Source: an uncultured Eubacteriales bacterium
GTDB taxonomy: Bacteria > Bacillota > Clostridia > RUG12999
DNA: 64,000 bases
Assembly: GCA_964592375.1 (NCBI GenBank)
Contig: CAZQDP010000005.1
Coordinates: 148 to 64,147, forward strand
Direction: 5' to 3'
Of the stretch, positions 28,504 to 38,677 are shown in pieces. The position numbers were made by a program, and so were the translations under genes. The notes under the pieces are model-generated. The model was not told the origin of the DNA. It did not search any database and saw nothing but the letters and a program-made list of their open reading frames with translations. Numbering within the stretch: the stretch's first letter is position 1; every line of letters starts with the position of its first letter.

Positions 28504-30696
28504 ATGAGCGAGCCTGAAAAGAGCACCGTAAAATTATACGAAGACCTAATCCAAAAGCTTGATAAGGGCACAGTGAGCTATGATAAGGAGCTCATTTTGC
28601 ATGCGTATCTTTTTGCGTACAAAGCGCACGAGGGCCAAAGGCGCCTGTCTGGCAGTCCGTACATCGATCATCCTTTGGAGGTAGCTAGTGTCATTGCTGA
28701 GCTTTCCATGGATAGCCAGACCATAGCGGCAGGCATTTTGCATGATACAGTGGAGGACACCGATGTAACAAAAGAAAAGCTGGAAATTGAATTTGGCAAA
28801 GAGATTGCGGAAATGGTAGACGGCGTCACGAAGCTTGGTAAAATCAGCTTTACAGCGGCCATGGATGAACAGGTGGAAAATCTTCGTAAGATGTTCATGG
28901 CCATGGCGCACGACATTCGGGTGATGATCATCAAGCTCTCTGATCGTCTGCACAACATGCGCACGCTTGAATTTATGCCGGACCATAAAAGAAGAACCAA
29001 GTCACTGGAGACCATTGAGGTGTTTGCGCCTATCGCCCATCGTCTTGGTATGTTTAAAGTGAAGGTGGAGCTGGAGGATTTATCTCTCAAATATTTAGAT
29101 CCCATTTCGTATGACGATATTGTTGAGGAAATCGAAAAGCGTAAAAGTCATAATAGCAATTATATCAATACGATCATTGAAGTCATTCAAAAGCGGCTTT
29201 GCGAACTGGATATTCATTGTGAAATCAGCGGCAGAATTAAGCATATTTATAGTATCTTTAAAAAAACCTATGCCCAAGGCAGAAGTATGGATGAGATTTA
29301 TGATATCTTTGCGGTGCGTATCATTGTGGAGAGCATTGCCGATTGCTACGCCGCTTTAGGGGTCGTGCACGATCTGTTCAAGCCACTGCCCGGCAGAATT
29401 AAAGATTATATCGCAATGCCAAAGCCCAACATGTATCAATCCCTGCATACCACCGTTATCGGGATTGAGGGTACACCCTGCGAGGTTCAAATTCGAACCA
29501 AAGAAATGCACCGCATTGCAGAATATGGTATAGCGGCCCATTGGAAGTATAAAGAAGGCGGCAGTGCCGATGTCAATGTGGATGCGAAGATGACCTGGGT
29601 GCGCCAGCTGCTTGAATTACAGCAGGATGTGACGGACAAAGAAGAGTATATGCGCATGCTCAAAATGGATATGTTTGCAAATGAGGTGTTTGTGTTTACG
29701 CCCAAGGGGGATGTTATTAACCTGCCGGCCGGCTCTTGTCCCATTGATTTTGCATACAGTATTCATAGTGCCATAGGCTCGAAAATGATGGGAGCAAAGG
29801 TCAACGGAAAGCTGGTGCCGCTCGACTACACCCTGCAAAACGGGGATATCATTAGTATTCTCACTTCTCAATCTGTTCACGGGCCCAGTAGGGACTGGTT
29901 AAAAATTGTAAAAACCTCCGCCGCTCGCAATAAAATCAATCAGTGGTTTAAGCGTGAGCGAAGAGAAGAAAATATATTCCACGGAAAAGAGCTTCTTGAT
30001 AAGGTCATCAAAAAATCCGGATATTCTGCGGCGCAGCTTTTGCATTTGGATATTTTAGGCTCGCTGTTGCGCAGAAATAATTTGAATAATTTAGATGATC
30101 TTTATGCCATTGTGGGTTACGGCGGCCTGAGTGCCACCAATGTGGTGGCAAGACTGCGAGATGAGTATACTCGGCAGCTTGGCGAAAAAGAAATCACCGA
30201 AAAGCCGGAAAAACCCATTGTACGAACCAGTAGCAATGGCGTGATGGTGAAGGGAATTGAGAATTGCTTGGTTCGTTTTGCCAGGTGCTGCGGTCCGGTG
30301 CCGGGAGATCAAATCATCGGGTATATTACAAGAGGCAGGGGCGTATCCGTGCATCGAAGCGACTGCACAAACATTCACACCAATGTAATCGGGCAAGGGC
30401 AGAGTGACCGAATGATTGAGGTGGAATGGGAAGGCGGAAGCAGTGGAGCGTATAATGCGGAGCTTGCGGTTTTGGCGGACGATCGCACCGGTATGCTGGC
30501 CGATATTGTCACCGCCATTTCCAATATGAAGGTTGCAACGCATAGTCTTAATGCACGAACCACCAAGGATGCGCAAGTGTATATTACCATGCAGCTGGAG
30601 ATATCCAATTCCGCGCAGCTGGAAAATATCATCCGAAAGCTTGTGAAGATCAGAGGCGTGATTAAGGTCATGAGAAATATGCAGGTGGGCGGATAG
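28504..30696 (+). CDS. relA: Bifunctional (p)ppGpp synthetase/hydrolase RelA/SpoT (Rel)
   Basis: The HD domain (HDTVEDT), the synthetase domain (RIKHIYSIFKK...DIFAVRIIV), TGS and a C-terminal ACT domain are all present. The start is taken at MSEPEKS (AAGGAG + 7 nt) rather than the ORF-track ATG at 28465. Confidence 0.9.
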   Translation: MSEPEKSTVKLYEDLIQKLDKGTVSYDKELILHAYLFAYKAHEGQRRLSGSPYIDHPLEVASVIAELSMDSQTIAAGILHDTVEDTDVTKEKLEIEFGKEIAEMVDGVTKLGKISFTAAMDEQVENLRKMFMAMAHDIRVMIIKLSDRLHNMRTLEFMPDHKRRTKSLETIEVFAPIAHRLGMFKVKVELEDLSLKYLDPISYDDIVEEIEKRKSHNSNYINTIIEVIQKRLCELDIHCEISGRIKHIYSIFKKTYAQGRSMDEIYDIFAVRIIVESIADCYAALGVVHDLFKPLPGRIKDYIAMPKPNMYQSLHTTVIGIEGTPCEVQIRTKEMHRIAEYGIAAHWKYKEGGSADVNVDAKMTWVRQLLELQQDVTDKEEYMRMLKMDMFANEVFVFTPKGDVINLPAGSCPIDFAYSIHSAIGSKMMGAKVNGKLVPLDYTLQNGDIISILTSQSVHGPSRDWLKIVKTSAARNKINQWFKRERREENIFHGKELLDKVIKKSGYSAAQLLHLDILGSLLRRNNLNNLDDLYAIVGYGGLSATNVVARLRDEYTRQLGEKEITEKPEKPIVRTSSNGVMVKGIENCLVRFARCCGPVPGDQIIGYITRGRGVSVHRSDCTNIHTNVIGQGQSDRMIEVEWEGGSSGAYNAELAVLADDRTGMLADIVTAISNMKVATHSLNARTTKDAQVYITMQLEISNSAQLENIIRKLVKIRGVIKVMRNMQVGG

Positions 30697-30715
30697 GCCC
30701 CGAAAGGAAATGAAT

Positions 30716-31336
30716 ATGCTGATTGAAAAATTGGTAGTAGGACCTGTGCAAACGAACTGTTATATTTATGCTATAAAAGAAGGTTCAGAAGGCATTGTGG
30801 TAGATCCGGGAGATTGTGCGGAAAAGATTTTAAGCCGCATTGCAGAGCGAAACTTAACCATTGTATATATTGTACTCACCCATTGCCATTTTGACCATAT
30901 CGGGGCGGTGGAGCGACTGCGCAAGGAAACGGGTGCAAAAGTAGTCATCCACGCGCAAGATGCTGAAGGGCTTTATAATCCGAAGGTGAGCCTGGCCGCA
31001 CTCGTTGGGATGAATACGACCAATAACCCGGCGGACATTTGTGTGCAGGATATGCAGCAGCTTCGCGCCGGAGAGATGACCTTTACGGTTCTTCATACAC
31101 CGGGGCATACCAGAGGAGGCATTTGCCTTCTGCACGAGAAAACGCTCTTTTCGGGAGACACGCTCTTCGCAGGAAATATTGGAAGATGTGACCTGCCGGG
31201 TGGTAGCTTACCCATGCTTACAAAATCTATTTCACAACAGTTGATGTGTCTTTCCGATGAGGTAGAGGTCTATCCGGGGCACGGTGAAAAAACCAGCATA
31301 GGCAATGAAAGGAACAATAATCCATATGTCTCATAA
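30716..31336 (+). CDS. MBL-fold metallo-hydrolase (hydroxyacylglutathione hydrolase-like)
   Basis: The metal-binding motif HCHFDHIG and a downstream H.PGHT motif are present. The protein is ~205 aa. Confidence 0.6.
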   Translation: MLIEKLVVGPVQTNCYIYAIKEGSEGIVVDPGDCAEKILSRIAERNLTIVYIVLTHCHFDHIGAVERLRKETGAKVVIHAQDAEGLYNPKVSLAALVGMNTTNNPADICVQDMQQLRAGEMTFTVLHTPGHTRGGICLLHEKTLFSGDTLFAGNIGRCDLPGGSLPMLTKSISQQLMCLSDEVEVYPGHGEKTSIGNERNNNPYVS

Positions 31337-32777
31337 ACCCATTGCCGTCGTTTTAGAGGGCCATAGCAGTAGTAACGCCATGCTGGAAATCGTCCATGCC
31401 ATGACGGGCCAGAGCGTGCTAATATCAAAAGACAGCGAGAACTGGGATGTGCATAGCAGCATTTGCGTTGTAGATGGCAAAATTGGTTGCACAACCCGTT
31501 TGCGCACAGCGGAAGGAATTGTGTCTGAATACAGAGCAGAGCCTTTTTATGAACCTGCCGCAAAGGCGGCCTCCGAGGCGGCCAAGCGATGCTATTATTT
31601 ACTATCCTCTCGTCACTTAGGGAAAACCCTTCCTTGGGGAACGCTAACCGGCATAAGGCCGGCTGGCATTGTGCGAAAATATGCAGGGGATACGGATGCG
31701 GCGCTTGCCATCAAATTCATGCAAGAGCAGTATTTTGTATCCGAAGAAAAAGCAAGGCTTGCCACCGAAACATATCAAAACCAAAGACCGATCATTGAGC
31801 GTTTCAAGGAAAACGAGGTTTGCGTATACATCGGCATCCCTTTTTGTCCCACGCGGTGCCTTTACTGCTCATTTATTTCGGTGTCAACCCCGAAAATGTT
31901 AAAACTCATTGAACCCTATACCGCTTGCCTACTAAAAGAAATTGCCTTGGCAGGGCAGATGCTTTTGGAAAAGGGACGAAAGGGTTGTGCCGTCTATATT
32001 GGTGGCGGCACGCCCACGATACTGCCGCCCCACCTACTCTCGCAACTTCTTTCCGCTTGCAACGCGGCCTTTGGCCCCGTGAAGGAATTTACAGTGGAAG
32101 CCGGCCGGCCGGATACGCTTTGCGAAGAAAAAATAAAAATCATGTTAGATAGTGGGGTTACGCGCACCAGTATCAATCCGCAGACCCTCAATGACAGTGT
32201 ACTGGAAACCATCGGCAGAAAGCATACTGCAAAGGATTTTGACAAAGCATACAATATGGCGATATCGCTTGGAATGACTAATATTAATACGGATGTTATC
32301 GCAGCCCTTCCGGGGGAAAGCACGCAGATGTTTGTGCATTCCCTAGAGCGGCTACTGCGATATAACCCGGCCTCGGTCACCCTGCATACCATGTGCGAAA
32401 AGCGAGGATCCACCCTGCGCACTGATGCAGAGCACCAAATTCAGCAGGCCGCAAATCAAGCCATAGAGATGGTATCCATCGGGCAGAAGATGATTATGCG
32501 CAGTGGGCAGAAGCCCTATTATATGTACCGCCAAAAGGATACGGCAGGAAATCTTGAAAATGTAGGATTTTCAAAGGCGGGTGCCCATTGCCTTTACAAC
32601 GTAGCCATGATGGAGGATGTCGCTACCGTGGTCGCCCTTGGCGCCGGAGCGGTATCAAAGATAGTGGATAGAAAAACCGGCAGAATTCAGCGCATGGCCA
32701 ATACCAAGGATGCAGTGGATTATATTCGAGATTTTGATAAAATAATGCAAAAAAAGAAGGAATGGGCAGTTGGATAG
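31326..32777 (+). CDS. Radical SAM protein, HemN/HemZ-like (oxygen-independent coproporphyrinogen-III oxidase family)
   Basis: The radical-SAM cluster motif CPTRCLYCSF (CxxxCxxC) follows an N-terminal HemZ-like extension. The start is ambiguous between 31305 and 31326. Confidence 0.6.
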   Translation: MSHKPIAVVLEGHSSSNAMLEIVHAMTGQSVLISKDSENWDVHSSICVVDGKIGCTTRLRTAEGIVSEYRAEPFYEPAAKAASEAAKRCYYLLSSRHLGKTLPWGTLTGIRPAGIVRKYAGDTDAALAIKFMQEQYFVSEEKARLATETYQNQRPIIERFKENEVCVYIGIPFCPTRCLYCSFISVSTPKMLKLIEPYTACLLKEIALAGQMLLEKGRKGCAVYIGGGTPTILPPHLLSQLLSACNAAFGPVKEFTVEAGRPDTLCEEKIKIMLDSGVTRTSINPQTLNDSVLETIGRKHTAKDFDKAYNMAISLGMTNINTDVIAALPGESTQMFVHSLERLLRYNPASVTLHTMCEKRGSTLRTDAEHQIQQAANQAIEMVSIGQKMIMRSGQKPYYMYRQKDTAGNLENVGFSKAGAHCLYNVAMMEDVATVVALGAGAVSKIVDRKTGRIQRMANTKDAVDYIRDFDKIMQKKKEWAVG

Positions 32778-33597
32778 ATTAAAGAATAAAAAAATATATT
32801 TACTTGATATGGATGGCACCATTTATTTAGGTAATCAGCTTATCAAAGGTGCAAAGGAGCTTATTTGGTATTTTCAAAGCAAGCATATTGAGTATGTTTT
32901 TATGACCAATAATTCTTCAAAAAGCAAAGCGGAATATGTGAAGAAGCTTTGCAACCTTGGGATTGATGCAAAGGAGGAAAATGTTTTTACCTCCGGGCAA
33001 GCGGCAGCACTTTATCTTGCAAAAATGAAAAAGAGCGCAGTTTTGTATGTGGTGGGTACCGCGGCACTGAAAAAAGAGCTTACGAATTTCGGTTTTACCA
33101 TTCTTATCGGCAAGGAAAAACCTGCTGATTTTGTACTGGTAGGGTATGACACGGAGCTGACATATGAAAAGCTTACCATGGCCTGCGCGCATCTTTGTGA
33201 GGGAGCCGGCTTTTTTGCAACCAATCCGGATGTGGTTTGCCCTGCCGAAGGCGGCAGGTTTTTGCCCGATTGTGCTACCATGTGCGATATGCTTCGGGCG
33301 GCTACAGGCAAGGAGCCATTTTATATCGGAAAACCACGCAGTGAGATGCCGCTTGGCATTTTAAAGGAGAGGGGCATCGCGCCGGAGTTCGCCGTGATTG
33401 TGGGAGACAGACTGTATACCGATATTGCCTGCGGCAAAAATGCCTGCATCGATACGGTGCTTGTCCTCTCGGGTGAAACCACGGCAGAGATGGCGCGAAG
33501 CTCTTCCATCAAAGCGGAAATAACCGTCAAAGGTATTTGGGACATTTTAGCTTTATATCAAAATATGGAGCAGAGCCATCATAATCAAAAAAAATAA
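32770..33597 (+). CDS. HAD-IIA family sugar-phosphate phosphatase (NagD-like)
   Basis: The HAD motif I reads LLDMDGTIY. The protein is 275 aa and the C-terminal GD motif reads VIVGDRLYTDI. Confidence 0.65.
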   Translation: MDRLKNKKIYLLDMDGTIYLGNQLIKGAKELIWYFQSKHIEYVFMTNNSSKSKAEYVKKLCNLGIDAKEENVFTSGQAAALYLAKMKKSAVLYVVGTAALKKELTNFGFTILIGKEKPADFVLVGYDTELTYEKLTMACAHLCEGAGFFATNPDVVCPAEGGRFLPDCATMCDMLRAATGKEPFYIGKPRSEMPLGILKERGIAPEFAVIVGDRLYTDIACGKNACIDTVLVLSGETTAEMARSSSIKAEITVKGIWDILALYQNMEQSHHNQKK

Positions 33598-33688
33598 AGC
33601 CGATAGCCTTTGGACGTTTGCATGAAAAGTGGTCTGATAAAAAAATGAAAAAGAAAATAAAAAAACGTAACTTTCATGCCCAAAAAGG

Positions 33689-33717
33689 TTGACGTAGGCT
33701 AAAAAATATACTAAAAT
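33689..33717 (+). promoter_or_regulatory. Putative promoter for the DUF1015-cdaA-cdaR transcription unit
   Basis: TTGACG - 17 bp - TAAAAT. Confidence 0.35.
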
Positions 33718-33756
33718 AAAAAATAGGCTAAGGAAAAATGAAAGGATGGATGAACA

Positions 33757-35070
33757 ATGGCAGATTTAAAGGCTTTTAAAGGTCTTTGCTATAATAAAGA
33801 CATTGTTGGCAGTATGACGGAGGTGACCACACCTCCGTATGATATTATCTCACCCTCGGAGCAAGAAGGGTATTATGCCGCACATCCCTTTAATGTTATT
33901 CGCCTGGAGCAGGGCCGGGAGCAGGCAGGGGACGACGAGAGTCATAATAAATATACCCGTGCCGGGGAGTTTTTGAGTGAATGGATCGAGTCCGGTGTAC
34001 TTCGGTTTGAGGACAAGGATGCCTTATATATTTACGGTCAGGAGTTTACCTTAAAGGACGGGCGCAGTTTATCCTACAAGGGTATTTTGGGGCTTGTTCG
34101 GATAGAGGAATTTTCAAAAGGCATCATTCTGCCTCATGAAGAAACCCTATCCAAGGCAAAGATGGACAGATACAACCTGATGGCCGCCACCAATTCCAAT
34201 TTCAGCCCCATCTATTCCTTGTATATGGATAAATCGGGAAGCATTCCGAGCATCATTGAGGAATGCTCCGCAGGCAAACCGGATATTAGCTTTACTGCGG
34301 TGGATGGTGTGCTTCAAAAATTGTGGGTGGTCACCGATGAGGAGATTATCGCCCGCATTCGGGCGCAATTTGCCGACAAACAGCTTTTTATTGCGGATGG
34401 GCATCATCGCTATGAAACCGCATTGAATTACAGAAATCACAAAAGGGAAAAAAATCCTGGCTTTTCTTATGATGACAATTTTAATTATAGCATGATGTTT
34501 TTGGTGGAAATGGATGCACCGGGATTGGTGGTGTTCCCCACCCATCGCATGCTCAAAGATTTGCACAGCTTTGACCCGAGCAGGGTGGTTGAGCTTTTGA
34601 GTGGCACTTTTGATATTACCCATATGAAGGCCGATGAAAACGCTGCCTTGGAAATTGAAAAAAGACTTTCCGAGGTTGCTCATAATAAGGCGTTTGCCAT
34701 GTACATAGGGGGCGGAGAATATTATTTGATGATTCTCAAAAGCATGGATATTATTCATAAGGCATTGGAGGCCAAAATTGATGCATATCGTTCACTGGAT
34801 GTGACGGTGCTCCACACGCTCATTCTCGATAAGGTCTTTGGGATTGACAGTGAAAATTTAAAACAGCAGACCAATCTTGTCTATACAAGAGATTCTGAAT
34901 TTGCAGTGTCGGGCGTTGATACAGGAGAATTTTCATGTAGCTTTTTCCTCAATCCCACCAAGATTGAGCAAATTAAGGATGTATCCCTGGCAGGAGAGAA
35001 AATGCCTCAGAAATCCACTTATTTTTATCCCAAACTGATCACGGGTCTTGTGATGAATAAATTTGAATAA
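33757..35070 (+). CDS. DUF1015 family protein
   Basis: The N-terminus MADLKAFKGLCYNKDIVGSMTEVTTPPYDIIS is the characteristic DUF1015 opening (F....Y......S....PPYD). The protein is ~437 aa. Confidence 0.6.
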   Translation: MADLKAFKGLCYNKDIVGSMTEVTTPPYDIISPSEQEGYYAAHPFNVIRLEQGREQAGDDESHNKYTRAGEFLSEWIESGVLRFEDKDALYIYGQEFTLKDGRSLSYKGILGLVRIEEFSKGIILPHEETLSKAKMDRYNLMAATNSNFSPIYSLYMDKSGSIPSIIEECSAGKPDISFTAVDGVLQKLWVVTDEEIIARIRAQFADKQLFIADGHHRYETALNYRNHKREKNPGFSYDDNFNYSMMFLVEMDAPGLVVFPTHRMLKDLHSFDPSRVVELLSGTFDITHMKADENAALEIEKRLSEVAHNKAFAMYIGGGEYYLMILKSMDIIHKALEAKIDAYRSLDVTVLHTLILDKVFGIDSENLKQQTNLVYTRDSEFAVSGVDTGEFSCSFFLNPTKIEQIKDVSLAGEKMPQKSTYFYPKLITGLVMNKFE

Positions 35071-35109
35071 ACGCCGCGGCCATAAGAGCAACGGTGGGAG
35101 GACAGAAGG

Positions 35110-35967
35110 ATGTTTGGTGCAGTAACTGAATTTATCAATAATACGCTGCATTTTACCCTTTCGGATATCATAGATATTCTGATTGTGGCGTACATTATTT
35201 ATAAAGCCATTCAAATCGTGAAGGAAACGAGGGCACTACAGCTCTTAAAGGGTGTCGCGGTGATTTTGCTTGCCATGCAGGTGAGCGAGTGGCTTCAGTT
35301 TAATGCAATCAGCTACATCTTAAAAAACACCATTCAACTTGGCATGCTGGCACTGCTGGTTGTGTTTCAGCCGGAGCTGCGCAAGGGCCTTGAGCAGGTA
35401 GGACGGGGAGGACTTGGTGCCTTCTTTAAAATTGATACAGAAAGCAGTGCGGAGCAAACCGGCGAGGTGATTATCCAAATATGTGATGCCGCCGATCTAT
35501 TGTCCCGTAGCAGAACAGGTGCTTTGATTGTCGTGGAGCGGGACACCAAAATTGGTGATGTCATTCGCACCGGCACAGCACTGGATGCAAAAGTCAGCTC
35601 ACATCTTTTGCAGAATATCTTTTATGATAAGTCTCCCCTGCACGATGGTGCTGTCATTATAAAGGAAAATAAAATTGCAGCGGCAGCCTGTTACCTGCCT
35701 CTGAGTGAAGACAATAGTATCAGCAAGGATTTAGGGACCAGGCATCGTGCGGCCATTGGGATGAGCGAGGTGTCGGATGCAGTGGTTATTGTGGTATCGG
35801 AGGAAACGGGAAAGATTGCAGTGGCACTGGGAGGAGACTTAACTCGCAACTTAACGGTAGAAAATTTATCCAGAGCGCTCCATAGGCTGATGATGCCAAA
35901 GAGCGAAGAGGATAAAGCAAGAAAATCGCTGATTGTAAAGGTGAAAAGCAAATGGACAAAAAAATAA
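35110..35967 (+). CDS. cdaA: Diadenylate cyclase CdaA (c-di-AMP synthase, DisA_N domain, membrane-anchored)
   Basis: Three N-terminal TM helices are present. The DAC domain motifs are DGAVII and GTRHRAAIG. The protein is 285 aa. Confidence 0.85.
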   Translation: MFGAVTEFINNTLHFTLSDIIDILIVAYIIYKAIQIVKETRALQLLKGVAVILLAMQVSEWLQFNAISYILKNTIQLGMLALLVVFQPELRKGLEQVGRGGLGAFFKIDTESSAEQTGEVIIQICDAADLLSRSRTGALIVVERDTKIGDVIRTGTALDAKVSSHLLQNIFYDKSPLHDGAVIIKENKIAAAACYLPLSEDNSISKDLGTRHRAAIGMSEVSDAVVIVVSEETGKIAVALGGDLTRNLTVENLSRALHRLMMPKSEEDKARKSLIVKVKSKWTKK

Positions 35968-36866
35968 AAAGCAATTTGATGCTCCGAATACTATCGGTGG
36001 GTATTGCAATTATCATATGGCTCTATGTGATTTTGACTCAGGACCCAGTGATGAACAATACCATCTCTTCACTGCCTATTAATAGCATATTAACCACTGC
36101 ACTGAGCAGAGAGAATTTGCAGGTTATCAGCATGAGTCAAAAAAATGCCGAAATCTCGGTGTGGGGAAAGCGCAGTGTTGTTTTGTCGAAATCTCGTTTC
36201 TCTGCCAGTATTAACTTGGGGCTCATTACCCAGCCCGGCTATTATACCCTGTCTGTGGATATTGATCGGCCGGATGGTGTGGAAATCAAATCTCGGCATC
36301 CGCAGACGGTGGATGTGTATGTGGATAAAAATATTACCGTAGAAAAGCAGGTAGTGATTGCCTATAATGGTACCCCAAAGCAAGGGTATGAAATTTCCGC
36401 CACGGGCAGTGCCAATGCGTTTGTAACGGGTCCCTCCATGCTTATCCATAAAGTGGCATATCTTTCTGCGGTGGTGGATGTAGACGGATTATCAGCAAGC
36501 GGGCAAAAAAATGTGAAGCTGATTCCGGCAGACAGCACAGGCCAGGAAATGAAAAACGATGAAATCACAACACCCGAAATTCCCGTCAGCTACAACGCGA
36601 TTTTTTATAAAGAAGTGACGGTAAAGCCTGTGCTTGATCAGGCAAGTCCATCGGCAAAGGCAGAGGCAACACCCAAAAAGGTGATTATATACGGCAATCC
36701 GGAGAAGACGGAGAGCATGAGCGAAATATATACCACCATGATTAATGTAGGTGACCAGCAGGTCGGCAGTGCAAAGGAATACGAAGCGGAGCTGATTTTG
36801 CCACAAGGCATTTTCCTCAAAAAGGATACTTCCACCAAGGTAAAGGTAATGGTGACAAATAAGTAA
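35952..36866 (+). CDS. cdaR: CdaA regulatory protein CdaR (YbbR-like domain protein)
   Basis: The protein has one N-terminal TM segment and repeated YbbR-like beta domains. It overlaps the cdaA stop codon, which is the canonical cdaA-cdaR arrangement. Confidence 0.7.
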   Translation: MDKKIKSNLMLRILSVGIAIIIWLYVILTQDPVMNNTISSLPINSILTTALSRENLQVISMSQKNAEISVWGKRSVVLSKSRFSASINLGLITQPGYYTLSVDIDRPDGVEIKSRHPQTVDVYVDKNITVEKQVVIAYNGTPKQGYEISATGSANAFVTGPSMLIHKVAYLSAVVDVDGLSASGQKNVKLIPADSTGQEMKNDEITTPEIPVSYNAIFYKEVTVKPVLDQASPSAKAEATPKKVIIYGNPEKTESMSEIYTTMINVGDQQVGSAKEYEAELILPQGIFLKKDTSTKVKVMVTNK

Positions 36867-36931
36867 TGGTAAGAAGTGTGCGCAAAGGCTTGTTGGCGCA
36901 CAGATTATCATGAGATGAAGGTGCGTAACTT

Positions 36932-38671
36932 ATGGATGAAATACGGTTTATATTGGGGCTTTTGGCTCCATACAAGCGGCGTTATTTTACGGCTTTACTG
37001 CTGATTGCGCTGATAACACCCGTAAATGTCGTCAATAATTTTCTTATTAAAACCATTATTGACGATGTCATAGGAAAACACCAAATTCAGCTACTGGCAG
37101 GGATTTTAACCCTGTTTTATTCGCTTACGGTTGTGCGAGTGGTCGGTTGGTATTACGCTCATTATGCCATCGAGCAAGTTAGCCAGCGAATTATGTTTTT
37201 TCTTCGCAGTGAGGGTTATAAAAAGATCCTAGGTATGGATTTTTCTTTCTTTGATCGGCACCGAACCGGCGATTTGATGACAAGGATGACCGCCGATATC
37301 GAGCTGGTTCGTCATTTTTTAGCTCATGTGATGTTTACTGTAGTTGAAAATAGCGTGCTGTTTATCGGTGCGCTTATTGTGATGTTTACCATGGCGGATA
37401 TTTCCTTTGTGGTGATGGTCCTGATGCTTATTCCCATTATTGTGGCGCTCGCCTTTCGCATGTCAAAGGAGGTGCACCCATGCTTTGCAAAAATCCGCGA
37501 GATGCGTTCCGCACTCAACACAGTGGTGCAAGAAAATATCGGTGCCAATCGGGTTGTCAAGGCGTTTGTCCGAGAAGATTTTGAAAATGAAAAGCTGAGC
37601 GAGGCCAATGAAAATTATAAGGTAGCCAATTTTGATGCCAATAAGGTATGGCGAAAATATATGCCCTTTATGTCCAACGCACAGATGCTGATCGTATTTT
37701 ATAATATCGTGGTAGGTGGCATGCTGGTCATTGCCGAAAAGCTCAGTTTGGGTGAGCTGATTATGTTCAATAACATGGCATGGGTTATTACAACCCCGCT
37801 TAGCATGGTGGGGTGGATTGTGAATGATACGTCTAACTGTGCAGCTTCCATTGCAAAGCTTCGAGAGCTTCTATCGGAAGAGCCTGAAATTTCAAATCCT
37901 AAGCCGGCGGTGGATACAAGACTTGAGGGAAGCTTCGAGTTTGAGCGTGTGAGCTTTGCGTATGATAATATGACGCAAGGTGCACTTGTGGATGTGAGCT
38001 TTTCCGTGCGAAAGGGTCAGAAAATAGCCATCGTGGGGCCAACAGGCAGTGGAAAATCGACTGTTATTAGCCTGCTAGGCAGGTTTTACGATGCGCAAAA
38101 GGGGAGACTCCTGGTAGATGGCATTGATATTCGAGATTATGATCTGGAAACCTTGCGTTCTAATATTGCAGTGGCACAGCAGGACGTTTTTCTTTTCTCG
38201 GAAACCGTGGCGGCCAATATTGCCTATGGCAAAGCAAATGCCACCATGGAAGAAATTATCGCTGCCGCAAAGGCCGCCTGCGCCCACGAGTTTATCCAGC
38301 AGTTGCCCCAGGGGTACAATACCATCATCGGGGAGAGAGGCGTTGGCCTCTCGGGAGGTCAAAAGCAAAGGCTCACCCTGGCGAGGGCACTGCTGAAAAA
38401 TCCCTCCGTACTTATTTTGGACGACACTACCTCCAGTCTGGATGCCAGAACCGAAAATGATATTCAAGAAAAGCTACGGGAGTGTTTTCATGAAAAAACG
38501 GTGTTCATCATCTCTCAGCGCATTGCCTCCGTGAAGGATTGCGACAAGATTATCGTACTAAGTGATGGTCGCATATCGGAGATTGGCAGCCATGAGCAGC
38601 TGCTAAGGCAAAAGAAATACTATTACAATATATACATCCAGCAATATGCCTTTGGCAGCGAGGAGGGATGA
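36932..38671 (+). CDS. ABC exporter, fused permease/ATPase (multidrug/lipid exporter type), subunit 1
   Basis: A six-TM domain is followed by Walker A (GPTGSGKST), the signature LSGGQKQR and Walker B (ILILDD). Confidence 0.8.
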   Translation: MDEIRFILGLLAPYKRRYFTALLLIALITPVNVVNNFLIKTIIDDVIGKHQIQLLAGILTLFYSLTVVRVVGWYYAHYAIEQVSQRIMFFLRSEGYKKILGMDFSFFDRHRTGDLMTRMTADIELVRHFLAHVMFTVVENSVLFIGALIVMFTMADISFVVMVLMLIPIIVALAFRMSKEVHPCFAKIREMRSALNTVVQENIGANRVVKAFVREDFENEKLSEANENYKVANFDANKVWRKYMPFMSNAQMLIVFYNIVVGGMLVIAEKLSLGELIMFNNMAWVITTPLSMVGWIVNDTSNCAASIAKLRELLSEEPEISNPKPAVDTRLEGSFEFERVSFAYDNMTQGALVDVSFSVRKGQKIAIVGPTGSGKSTVISLLGRFYDAQKGRLLVDGIDIRDYDLETLRSNIAVAQQDVFLFSETVAANIAYGKANATMEEIIAAAKAACAHEFIQQLPQGYNTIIGERGVGLSGGQKQRLTLARALLKNPSVLILDDTTSSLDARTENDIQEKLRECFHEKTVFIISQRIASVKDCDKIIVLSDGRISEIGSHEQLLRQKKYYYNIYIQQYAFGSEEG

Positions 38672-38677
38672 TGACAA

